Positions 14,815-25,397 of a stretch of 64,000 nt of DNA are shown here, in pieces. How positions within the stretch are numbered: the first letter of the stretch is position 1; each line of letters opens with the position of its first letter. Origin of the DNA: a virus; the IMG/VR virus record IMGVR_UViG_3300012352_000418, positions 1-64,000 of that record, one strand, 5' to 3'. The translations under genes were made by a program, and so were the position numbers. The notes under the pieces were generated by a model. The model saw only the letters and a list, made by a program, of their open reading frames with translations. It searched no databases and was not told the DNA's origin.

Positions 14815-15029
14815 TACTTATCTCTTTTCCAATGTAAATAGGATCTAACATATACCGTGGCATATGCTATGGCAGAAAATATGAAACCATATTGTTCTGT
14901 TGCAATGGCATAAACAAACCATATGCATTCGTTAGCTAACAGAATTAGCCAACCCCAAATAGTCTTCTGACCAACAAAGAATATTCCAGCTACACCAATT
15001 GCAGCTAGTACCCATGACCACATTTCCAT
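14814..15029 (-). CDS. 3-TM small membrane protein (71 aa), Trp-rich
   Basis: Three hydrophobic helices with W-rich ends (WSWVLAAIGVAG..., IWGWLILLANECIWFVYAI, YGFIFSAIAYATVYV...HWK). Reminiscent of a single PnuC/semiSWEET-type repeat (weak recollection). Confidence 0.55.
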   Translation of the reverse strand: MEMWSWVLAAIGVAGIFFVGQKTIWGWLILLANECIWFVYAIATEQYGFIFSAIAYATVYVRSYLHWKRDK

Positions 15030-15031
15030 AA

Positions 15032-15316
15032 TTAATTATCCATCGTTAGATATTGCCAGGTTTGAGACCAATCCTCTTTAGACCTGTGCTTATTGAATTC
15101 CCTGGAAATTTTTCCATTCTCAATATACACACCTCCCCAGACTCCCCATTCTTTCTGAGAGACACCAACAGCAAAACATTGCTTTACCATTGGGCAGTCA
15201 GAACATAGCTTGTCAATGGCAGGCCTGAGTTCAAGATTATCTTCATACTTATCAAAGAATAAGTTAGTGTCATAGTCCCTGCAAGATCCTAGATCTTTCC
15301 ACTCATGCTTGTCCAT
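15032..15316 (-). CDS. whiB: WhiB-like Fe-S transcription factor
   Basis: Four Cys in the WhiB pattern (C...C-x2-C-x5-C: CRDYDTNLFF...LCSDCPMVKQC), followed by the GVWGG turn. Confidence 0.8.
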   Translation of the reverse strand: MDKHEWKDLGSCRDYDTNLFFDKYEDNLELRPAIDKLCSDCPMVKQCFAVGVSQKEWGVWGGVYIENGKISREFNKHRSKEDWSQTWQYLTMDN

Positions 15317-15317
15317 G

Positions 15318-15527
15318 TTACCTCACAAGCTTTAATGGGATATTCCATCCATTCTCGACAGGCTCGTAACGGTTCTGTACATGCCATTGTGAATTTCTAA
15401 ATACACCGTTGGTCTTTGACCATGCGGTTGGGTCCTGCTTTGTGTGGAGAACTGTCCAACCATCCCAGCTGAGGGACTTGTTGTTTGCGACAATCTCTTC
15501 CATTTGATTAAGTGATGTGATTTGCAT
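15318..15527 (-). CDS. hypothetical protein (69 aa, Trp-rich)
   Basis: Track ORF 15318-15599 trimmed to ATG 15527, just downstream of the deaminase stop. Confidence 0.5.
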   Translation of the reverse strand: MQITSLNQMEEIVANNKSLSWDGWTVLHTKQDPTAWSKTNGVFRNSQWHVQNRYEPVENGWNIPLKLVR

Positions 15528-15532
15528 CTTTC

Positions 15533-15889
15533 TCAACCTTCTGTGTATATTACTTTTTTGATTTGCATTGTTTGTATTACTACCTCGCAGTGTTTGCAAG
15601 GTCTGCTGTTCCTATCGCTACCCTGACGATTTAGTCTGGCAACATAAAGAACTGCACCACGTACATTCCAGTTAGCATCTTTCATCGCCTCTATTTCAGC
15701 ATGACGACTACAATGCGTTTTGATATGTTCTGGTGACACCTGTGTCGGATGATTCTTATCCTTGTTGTAGCCAGTACCAAGGACACGCCCTGACTTAACC
15801 ACAACTGCTCCGTGCTTCTGTCTAGCAGCAGACTTCTTAGAAAGATATCTTGCTACTGAAAGAAAGGCCTCTTCGCTTTTGCTAAGCAT
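15533..15889 (-). CDS. dCMP/cytidine deaminase-fold zinc enzyme (dCMP deaminase-like)
   Basis: CSRHAEIEAM and RPCKHCEVVI reproduce the H(C)AE...PCxxC zinc motif. Confidence 0.75.
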   Translation of the reverse strand: MLSKSEEAFLSVARYLSKKSAARQKHGAVVVKSGRVLGTGYNKDKNHPTQVSPEHIKTHCSRHAEIEAMKDANWNVRGAVLYVARLNRQGSDRNSRPCKHCEVVIQTMQIKKVIYTEG

Positions 15890-16235
15890 ACCGATAGATT
15901 CCTACATCAAGATCTAAGTCTTCTGCCTTAGCCACCAGGGGTGACACGGTCTCTTTGGGAAGACTGAAATACATGAAGTGATCCACTACCTGCATATTCT
16001 TATCAAACCAAGCAACGGGAACCTTAACAATCTTTGCATGAATGCCACGGGCCTTCAGGCTACGCTCAGATACGTTTGTAAATTCCATACCCATAGAGTT
16101 TAACCTTGCTGGTCCTGCAGACATAATGGTGAACTGCTCGTCTCCTTCTGACATGCTAGATAGAGCTGTTCCCATAGCACGAAGAAAGACATTGTAGTCT
16201 GAGAAGTTCTTACTACCCTGAATTCCTATAATCAT
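15882..16235 (-). CDS. SLOG/DUF2493-like Rossmann-fold protein
   Basis: MIIGIQGSKNFSDYNVFLRAMGTAL...FTIMSAGPARL resembles the GxxGSR..fxD start of DUF2493/SLOG proteins (from memory; moderate). Confidence 0.4.
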   Translation of the reverse strand: MIIGIQGSKNFSDYNVFLRAMGTALSSMSEGDEQFTIMSAGPARLNSMGMEFTNVSERSLKARGIHAKIVKVPVAWFDKNMQVVDHFMYFSLPKETVSPLVAKAEDLDLDVGIYRYA

Positions 16236-16626
16236 TAAAGTTGCCCTTCGTTAAAGTTTCAATGATATTAATCATCTTATCTAATTGTACCTTGTCCATA
16301 GCCATTGTGTCAACTGGCTTAGCTGTTGCCTTGTCCACATTGCCATCCACAAGGCTTGCACTATAGAATGTGTTCTCTTTAATCCAGTAAGCCATTTCAT
16401 CTACCACCAAAATTTTAGTGAAGATCTTGTCGTAGTGTTTACTGCTTTGACTTGGGGCTAGCTGCCTGATTAGGCTGTCTGGAATAAATGGTCTGATAAG
16501 CTCATATACATTCGACTGACTATAAACAATATCTATTTTATTTTTATTCTCGATGTCTCGCACAATAAACTTCCTGGTTACAACTACTGCAACTAGGGTA
16601 ATTATTGCACCAACAAAAAACTCCAT
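16213..16626 (-). CDS. hypothetical membrane-anchored protein (137 aa)
   Basis: Track ORF; N-terminal TM (FFVGAIITLVAVVVT). TATAAT 6 nt upstream of the ATG. Confidence 0.6.
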   Translation of the reverse strand: MEFFVGAIITLVAVVVTRKFIVRDIENKNKIDIVYSQSNVYELIRPFIPDSLIRQLAPSQSSKHYDKIFTKILVVDEMAYWIKENTFYSASLVDGNVDKATAKPVDTMAMDKVQLDKMINIIETLTKGNFNDYRNSG

Positions 16627-16632
16627 CAGTTA

Positions 16633-16638
16633 ATTATA
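16633..16638 (-). promoter_or_regulatory. -10 box TATAAT, leaderless-type
   Basis: The minus strand reads gTAGTATAATtaactgATG; 6 nt to ATG 16626. Overlaps the stop codon of the upstream gene. Confidence 0.35.
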
Positions 16639-16965
16639 CTACTCTTCAGAAAAGTATTCAATAATATTTTGCATGATAAGCTGCTGGTGATCAGTTAGCT
16701 TGCTTAGCTCTGTCAAGTCCCTGGACTTTTCGGTTAGCGTTACTACTGGGTCATCGTCTGCCATTGTGATATCCACAAAGCCCTTTTCCCAAAGAACAAG
16801 GAAATGGCTATAGATTCCAGCTTCAATAGTTTGAGCAAGTTCTGGATAAAGGTCTGGCATCTTCTTGGTAAAGCTATAGGTAAGCTCACCGTTATCATCA
16901 ATACCAGCTACCTCTGCAGCACCTGCCAGGATCATTTCTTCAAGCATGTCATTGTGCCTAGACAT
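16639..16965 (-). CDS. hypothetical acidic protein (108 aa)
   Basis: Track ORF. Confidence 0.6.
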   Translation of the reverse strand: MSRHNDMLEEMILAGAAEVAGIDDNGELTYSFTKKMPDLYPELAQTIEAGIYSHFLVLWEKGFVDITMADDDPVVTLTEKSRDLTELSKLTDHQQLIMQNIIEYFSEE

Positions 16966-17217
16966 TTAGTCCCCCTTAAGGCGGTTCTCGCCCTGCATTG
17001 ACCAGCGTTCATCAATGATCTCAAACGCAAACTTCTTCATGGCCTCAGAGTCTTCTGCCTTGTTGTAGTGGTGTCCACAGAATAGTAGCTCTCCAGATAC
17101 CCCAGAAACCTTCACAAGAGCTGCAGCACCACACGCTTTTGCATCGCAACGATCATTGAGCGTTAGTACCCGTGTCTTTACTTCTTCTACAATTTCTGGT
17201 TCAATCACAGTTGTCAA
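16966..17217 (-). CDS. hypothetical small Cys/His protein (83 aa)
   Basis: CDAKACGAAALVKV...LLFCGHHYNK suggests a zinc-binding small protein. TTG start. Confidence 0.5.
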   Translation of the reverse strand: MTTVIEPEIVEEVKTRVLTLNDRCDAKACGAAALVKVSGVSGELLFCGHHYNKAEDSEAMKKFAFEIIDERWSMQGENRLKGD

Positions 17218-17226
17218 AACAACCCC

Positions 17227-17406
17227 TTACTTGTCTGTGGAATAAAAGCCGCTGCCCTTAAAGGCAACTCCTACTTTAGAGTATACACGCTTTATATCTG
17301 AATTGCAAGACTTACATGCAGGAAGATCTTTATCACGATCATCTGCTGATTTAACTAATGTTAATTTTGTATCACATTCGATACATTTGTACTCATAGAT
17401 TGGCAT
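17227..17406 (-). CDS. FmdB-family zinc-ribbon protein (59 aa)
   Basis: MPIYEYKCIECDTKL...CKSCNSD...GSGFY matches the CxxC_CxxC_SSSS (FmdB) signature. AAGGAGG RBS. Not in the track (under 60 aa). Confidence 0.7.
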   Translation of the reverse strand: MPIYEYKCIECDTKLTLVKSADDRDKDLPACKSCNSDIKRVYSKVGVAFKGSGFYSTDK

Positions 17407-17421
17407 AAAGCCTCCTTTTCG

Positions 17422-17493
17422 AGCCTCAAGTGAATTCCGAGATCACAACCTCCTGTTTACAAGACAGGTGCTCTACCGTTGAGCTATTGAGGC
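17422..17493 (-). tRNA. tRNA-Thr (anticodon TGT) with non-canonical T-arm
   Basis: Acceptor GCCTCAA/TTGAGGC, D-arm GCTC-AACGGTA-GAGC, anticodon stem CCTGT/ACAGG with loop CTTGTAA. The T-arm GTGAT-CTCGGAA-TTCAC lacks G53-C61 and the TTC/A58 pattern. Confidence 0.65.
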
Positions 17494-17564
17494 AAAAGCA
17501 GGGATATCGCTTACCCTACAGGCGACCGACTATCGGCAGGTAGACTGATCATTTCTACCTATTG

Positions 17565-17638
17565 CGACCCTAACCAGACTTGAACTGGCGACCTTCTACG
17601 TGACAGGCAGACGCTCTAACCAACTGAGCTATAGGGCC
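17565..17638 (-). tRNA. tRNA-Asp (anticodon GTC)
   Basis: Acceptor GGCCCTA/TAGGGTC, D-arm GCTC-AGTTGGTTA-GAGC, anticodon loop CTGTCAC, T-arm GCCAG-TTCAAGT-CTGGT. Confidence 0.85.
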
Positions 17639-17829
17639 AAGTGCCATTCGTGGGACAGGATTAAGCCTATGCGAAACACCCAATGGCTGTACAACCTAGC
17701 ATACCCCCTTAGTGGACTCGCCCTGAACGGCTATCCGAATGGAAGCAGCAACGATAGTTTCGGTTGCATCATTTTCTCTAGGTATTGTTCAGAGACCTAG
17801 AGTAAACTTATACGCTATTTAGTTATTCG

Positions 17830-17901
17830 CTGCCCCACCTGGATTCGAACCAGGAACCTTGAAGTTAACAGCTTCCTGCTCTGCCGTTGAGCTATGGAGC
17901 A
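17830..17901 (-). tRNA. tRNA-Asn (anticodon GTT)
   Basis: Acceptor TGCTCCA/TGGGGCA (one G-U pair), D-arm GCTC-AACGGCA-GAGC, anticodon loop CTGTTAA, T-arm CCTGG-TTCGAAT-CCAGG. Confidence 0.8.
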
Positions 17902-17955
17902 ATATACCACCACCAGTGAATATCGTTGAGTGATGCTAGGTGATGATACTATTCA

Positions 17956-17985
17956 ATTATACTCACAGTCTTAGCTGTTTGTCAA
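17956..17985 (-). promoter_or_regulatory. promoter TTGACA-18 nt-TATAAT for the tRNA operon
   Basis: The minus strand reads TTGACAaacagctaagactgtgagTATAAT, about 55 nt upstream of tRNA-Asn. Confidence 0.55.
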
Positions 17986-17986
17986 G

Positions 17987-18703
17987 CTAGTTGTAAGTTT
18001 TTCTTTCCCAAAATTGATTGCGATAAGACTTATCTGCAATAGAATAAAGATCAAACATTTGTTTGGTTCTTTTATCATCGTCATACTTTACAATCTCTGA
18101 CTTCCAGTTATCCCTCTTAAACGGAATTGCTTGACAGATTGGTGTACCTTTTTTAATCAGAACATGGTCCTTGCCTGGATCTGAGATTAGCTGAAAAGGA
18201 AAGTCTGTTTGCATAGTAAACTTATCAGTCTCAACAATACCAGAGAATGTTCTAAACGGTAGGTCATGTCGATTAAACGGGTGCGTGAACAGAGTGCTAT
18301 ACCCCCTGGGAGTATTCATCTTCCATCCAGCAACCCACTTCCAAGAGGTGTATGACCTTTCATCTGGACGAGGTAAACCTATAGACTGGTAATGTCCTTG
18401 CCCAGAGACTAGTGGGAAGTCCACAAGCCACCTGGGAACAAACTCGTGCCCATCAAAGTGGAACTCAACGTCTGCTGCAAGCTGAAAGATATAGCCTCCA
18501 GTCAACGTATCCAGAAGAGGATTACACCCCTTCATGGTTGCTGTAGTGCCTCCTGCATGTGTCCTGGATATTTTGTTTCCATTATATCCTTCTTCATGCG
18601 TAGGTGCATTCTTAAACCACTCTGGCAAAAAGTTAGATGCCTTTTGTGGTGCAGGAATGACTAGCTCTGCCATTTGTGAAAATGGAGTTAGTGTTATCTT
18701 CAC
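17987..18703 (-). CDS. hypothetical protein (238 aa), possibly DUF6065-like
   Basis: Track ORF (GTG start). Motifs PEWFKN...MKGCNPLLDTLTGGY...THPFNRHDLPF. Family assignment is from memory and weak. Confidence 0.55.
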   Translation of the reverse strand: MKITLTPFSQMAELVIPAPQKASNFLPEWFKNAPTHEEGYNGNKISRTHAGGTTATMKGCNPLLDTLTGGYIFQLAADVEFHFDGHEFVPRWLVDFPLVSGQGHYQSIGLPRPDERSYTSWKWVAGWKMNTPRGYSTLFTHPFNRHDLPFRTFSGIVETDKFTMQTDFPFQLISDPGKDHVLIKKGTPICQAIPFKRDNWKSEIVKYDDDKRTKQMFDLYSIADKSYRNQFWERKTYN

Positions 18704-18711
18704 TATACCCC

Positions 18712-18884
18712 CTACTGAATAATCTTAAACACAGGGCAGCAGGGGTCCCCACCGTCTTCCCACTCTTGCATTTCTTCATCAGTCATGTACGGATCACCGT
18801 CATGAGTGTTGCAGAAAGGCGGAGTGATCCAACCCTTTGTTGTACCGATTTCGACCCATTCGTCGAAGTCAATCTCTTTAGCCA

Positions 18885-18885
<1 letters not shown>
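18712..18885 (-). CDS. hypothetical small acidic protein (57 aa)
   Basis: Track ORF trimmed to ATG 18885 (TAATG overlap with the nrdF stop). Confidence 0.5.
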
Positions 18886-21938
<3,053 letters not shown>

Positions 21939-21961
<23 letters not shown>

Positions 21962-22337
21962 TTAGTTTCCTCAACCTTTCCTGTACTAGTTGTACGTCTT
22001 CTGGAGTACCCAGAAGTTCTATTTTTGCTAAAAGTGGCACACCTGTTTTTGCAACAATTAGTTCTGCTGCTTTGCAGTAGTGCTCACCAAAGTTTGTATT
22101 TCCAAACCCTACAACGCCACGCATAAGATCTCTGTTTGTTTGAACATTCAGGAACTTTGCTACTGGCCTTGGCACTGCGTATTCACCTTCGCCTCCTCCG
22201 TAAGTGGGTACAAAAAGTACATACTCTTTGGTGGCTAATGGTAATTCTGATACTGAGTAGATACTTTCGTACCCCAGCTTTTCAACGAAACGCTTAGTGT
22301 TGCCAGACCTGTTGGAGTAGTAAACTACATCTAACAT
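21939..22337 (-). CDS. nrdI: NrdI flavodoxin-like RNR activation protein
   Basis: [18 protein letters not shown]...VPTYGGG...; lies directly upstream of nrdE. Confidence 0.85.
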
Positions 22338-22344
22338 CTCTCTC

Positions 22345-24126
22345 CTAAATTAGATCGAAGCGGCCAAGGTATTCCTTGACATCGTCTGGCATCGGCTTAG
22401 GTTTTAATTCTATCACATTATCTTGAGGATTCAAAGTTATCTGCTTAGATTTATCCCTAAATGTATGGATTTCCACCTGCTGGTTTAGATTCTTTGGAGT
22501 GTGAGAAATAGCACCAAAGATAGCACCACACACAGCATCCGCAAGGTCCTTAGATTTCTTGCGAGGGTGGTCTACTCGGTTCTGCTTCATAATCTTAAGC
22601 TCTGTTAGCTCTTCAAATAAAAGATCAATCATAGGCATAGCCAGTCGCTCTTCGTAGACAAGCATAGCCATGTCTTCGTAATGCTTCTTGGCAACAGAAA
22701 CAGTCTCAGTTCTCATACCCACCTGCTTCAGCTCATTCTGGATATCGAATGATTGCCAACGGTCAAAGCTGACCATACCTATGTTGAAACCTTGTCGTCT
22801 TAAGTTTTGAATCCACTGCTTAACCTCGGAAAGGTTTACAGGACCTTCAATCTTTGGCTCCCACCACACAACTGCATCTACTACTACAATAGGTGCTACT
22901 TGCTGGTAGTCTTTAACTACCTGGATATTTACCCATTTCTCTACGTGAGCAATTGCTACCGCACACTTATCGTGAAGCTGTGCAAGGTCAGCATGAACGT
23001 AGTAAGTCTTCTCTGGATCTGGCACAAACGTTTCATCAAATGATTTGTTGCTGTCGATAGGGTTGCGAAGAGTCATACAAGACTTAACCTTGTCTACCTG
23101 CTTAAAGAATGCGTCAGAGCTATAGGTAGGTACACAGGCAAAACGCTGCATGGCATCACCCAGGTCTGTGTAGAAGGCAAGCTTAAAGTCGTCAATCTTA
23201 CGGGTAGGGTTAACTACCCAGGTAGGACGCTTGATTGCAAACATGCCTGGATACTTATAGTTAAGGATAACGTCTTCATCCCACGTAATCTCCAGACTAT
23301 TGCCCTCCATGTCTTCTGGAAGCTCGTCATTCATAATAAACTTATGAGTCTTAGTGATTACTTCTTTGTCTAGGATTACGTCGTCATACCGCTGAGAAAT
23401 GAAGTCGCCAGGGTAACGTGGGAATGATAGCAGAGCTACCTTACCTAGGTCTGGGAAACGTGAGTCTACAGATGCACGGAAGGCTTTGTAGATGTTGTCA
23501 GCAGTCTTGCCCTGCTCATTACCAGTACCAACCTCAGAGGCAAAACCAGAGATCTCGTCAAGAACCGCCATGAGGAGGTTCAGACCCTCGTGGGACTCTC
23601 GTTCAGAGTGACCAGAGTAAACGGTGATGGCATGATCGAACTCGATAGAGTCTGCCTTAGAGTAGAACTTTCCAGCAAACCAAGGGGACTTCTCAATCTT
23701 AGTCTTGAAGCCCTTGAAGAACACGTTCTTTGCCTGCTGTGCGTTAATAGCCACGTTAATAATATCAATAGCATCGCCAGATGGCTTTCCGTAGTAACGG
23801 GCTGGGTCCTTAAGGCATAGGAGCTTGTACACTACATATGCACACGCTACGGTAGATACGAAGTCCTTACCGCTACCCTTGCCAAGCTGGAGAATCAGTT
23901 CATTCTTGGTGTACTTCTTGTAGTATGCTGCACCCTCAGCTGTCCCCATAAGCTCCTGGAGGTCCTCTAGCTTATAGATCTGACTCATTGCTTGCACAAT
24001 GTCATACTGAATCTCAGAGAGCTGTGGCTGTCCCAGGTAGGCTTCGCCCTCTACAAACGTCTTCACATCTACTGGTGTTTCAGCAAAATGGTTATCTTTG
24101 AGTGCCTCTAAAAAATCATCAAACAT
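22345..24126 (-). CDS. terminase large subunit
   Basis: Walker A-like GKGSGKDF and Walker B-like LLMAVLDEISGF. C-terminal RNaseH-like nuclease acidic motifs (VHADLA..., VSFDRWQS, KDLADAV). 593 aa. Confidence 0.8.
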   Translation of the reverse strand: MFDDFLEALKDNHFAETPVDVKTFVEGEAYLGQPQLSEIQYDIVQAMSQIYKLEDLQELMGTAEGAAYYKKYTKNELILQLGKGSGKDFVSTVACAYVVYKLLCLKDPARYYGKPSGDAIDIINVAINAQQAKNVFFKGFKTKIEKSPWFAGKFYSKADSIEFDHAITVYSGHSERESHEGLNLLMAVLDEISGFASEVGTGNEQGKTADNIYKAFRASVDSRFPDLGKVALLSFPRYPGDFISQRYDDVILDKEVITKTHKFIMNDELPEDMEGNSLEITWDEDVILNYKYPGMFAIKRPTWVVNPTRKIDDFKLAFYTDLGDAMQRFACVPTYSSDAFFKQVDKVKSCMTLRNPIDSNKSFDETFVPDPEKTYYVHADLAQLHDKCAVAIAHVEKWVNIQVVKDYQQVAPIVVVDAVVWWEPKIEGPVNLSEVKQWIQNLRRQGFNIGMVSFDRWQSFDIQNELKQVGMRTETVSVAKKHYEDMAMLVYEERLAMPMIDLLFEELTELKIMKQNRVDHPRKKSKDLADAVCGAIFGAISHTPKNLNQQVEIHTFRDKSKQITLNPQDNVIELKPKPMPDDVKEYLGRFDLI

Positions 24127-24649
24127 CGTGTACTACCGTAATGGTCTCATTCTTTCTAGATGCCTCAGATAGACGACGCATAATCTTGTCACGAACCTCA
24201 GGGTGCTCAGCAGCAATGTCCTTAAGAATGTTCATCAGGATATCCTGTCGGTTCTCAATCTCAATCATTTCTTCTGCAAGCTCTTTGTTTTCCAGAAGGC
24301 CAGCTTTCTGTAGCATGTCAATGCGACGTGACTCAATATCAAGTACAAGCTTGATAGCAGTAGTCTTAGCACCAAGATTAGCCTGAGTAGTGGCGTCATC
24401 AATTACCTCGTATGTTTGACTAATCAATTTATTATAGTGTGTATCTGCAGCTACCAGTGCCTCACGTGCACGTTCACGGATAGCAGCATTGTTAGATGCC
24501 ATAACTTTCCACTCTTCCAGGTAGGCTACTACCTTCTGTCGTGGGAGCGATAGCTCTTTAGAAATCTTTGTAGGATCGTTGCCCTCTAGGTACTTGGAAA
24601 CGATCTTGTTCATCTGGTCTAGATGTTCAACTAGTGCTGGTTCTGACAC
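24119..24649 (-). CDS. terminase small subunit (putative)
   Basis: 176 aa directly upstream of TerL and overlapping it. N-terminal HTH-like segment (DPTKISKELSLPRQKVVAYL) followed by coiled coil. Confidence 0.55.
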   Translation of the reverse strand: MSEPALVEHLDQMNKIVSKYLEGNDPTKISKELSLPRQKVVAYLEEWKVMASNNAAIRERAREALVAADTHYNKLISQTYEVIDDATTQANLGAKTTAIKLVLDIESRRIDMLQKAGLLENKELAEEMIEIENRQDILMNILKDIAAEHPEVRDKIMRRLSEASRKNETITVVHDV

Positions 24650-24947
24650 GCTTGCTCCTCTTCTTTGGAATACGCTTGATACGGTCTACTGGGAATGCTC
24701 GCATTACCCCAGCTTTGCCACGGAACATCTCAAAACATTCTACGTAGACTTTACCGTTTTCTGTATTAGTAACTAGGTGGTCAAACTTAAACATAAGACC
24801 CCACTCACCAATACCAAAACTGTTCTTGCCCTTAATTTTAAACATGTCTCCACGCTCAATAACGTTGCCATCCTCAAGGGTAACAGAGTCTTCTCGCACG
24901 TACTTGCGTGCAATCTCTGGAATTATAAACTTTTTAGGACGTGCCAT
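24627..24947 (-). CDS. hypothetical protein (106 aa, basic C-terminus)
   Basis: Track ORF. Confidence 0.6.
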   Translation of the reverse strand: MARPKKFIIPEIARKYVREDSVTLEDGNVIERGDMFKIKGKNSFGIGEWGLMFKFDHLVTNTENGKVYVECFEMFRGKAGVMRAFPVDRIKRIPKKRSKRVRTSTS

Positions 24948-25234
24948 TACATGTTCTCCAAACGGTTAATTTCATCACTAATATAAAAGATAGCCTTCTT
25001 AAGGTCTTCAATGGTCTTCTGCTCGTCTTTGAGACCAGCACGCCATAGGTATTTGATGGCATTACCAATGTTAAAGTTACGGTGACGAGTAATCTCAATA
25101 GCCTCTACACCAGAAGGATCCGATGTGTAGTGCTTTGGATGATTGACCATGTCCTGGCCACGGTCGTGTAGTCCACGCAGAATGTCCTGCTCTTCACGCT
25201 TGGCCAGTGCCTCTTCTAGTTTTCTGTTACTCAC
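24947..25234 (-). CDS. DUF3310-family phage protein
   Basis: VNHPKHYT...GVEAIEI...NIGNAIKYLWRAGLKD is the DUF3310 signature as I recall it. GTG start. Confidence 0.65.
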   Translation of the reverse strand: MSNRKLEEALAKREEQDILRGLHDRGQDMVNHPKHYTSDPSGVEAIEITRHRNFNIGNAIKYLWRAGLKDEQKTIEDLKKAIFYISDEINRLENM

Positions 25235-25386
25235 CGTTTACTTTTCCTTAATCCGTGTTTTGCCAAATAGACATAAATGGTTTCTACAGAAGCTCCGCAT
25301 TCCTTAGCAATTTCTTCTGGAGTTTTCTTGTCCATTAAATAACGCTTGGTCAGCCAAGCCTTGTTAGTATATAGTTTAGCAGCCAT
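25231..25386 (-). CDS. small HTH DNA-binding protein (51 aa)
   Basis: MAAKLYTNKAWLTKRYLMDKKTPEEIAKECGASVETIYVYLAKHGLRKSKR. AAGGAG RBS. Its stop overlaps the next GTG. Not in the track. Confidence 0.55.
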   Translation of the reverse strand: MAAKLYTNKAWLTKRYLMDKKTPEEIAKECGASVETIYVYLAKHGLRKSKR

Positions 25387-25397
25387 AGCTCTCCTTG

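Noticed and set aside
17494-17564. A fourth tRNA in the 71-nt spacer between tRNA-Thr and tRNA-Asp
   Set aside because: I could not build an acceptor stem or a 5-bp T-stem with a 7-nt loop on either strand. It is kept only as an unexplained structured spacer.
17600-17800. 66-aa plus-strand ORF in the tRNA region
   Set aside because: It overlaps tRNA-Asp on the opposite strand and runs through the structured spacer. There are no translation signals.
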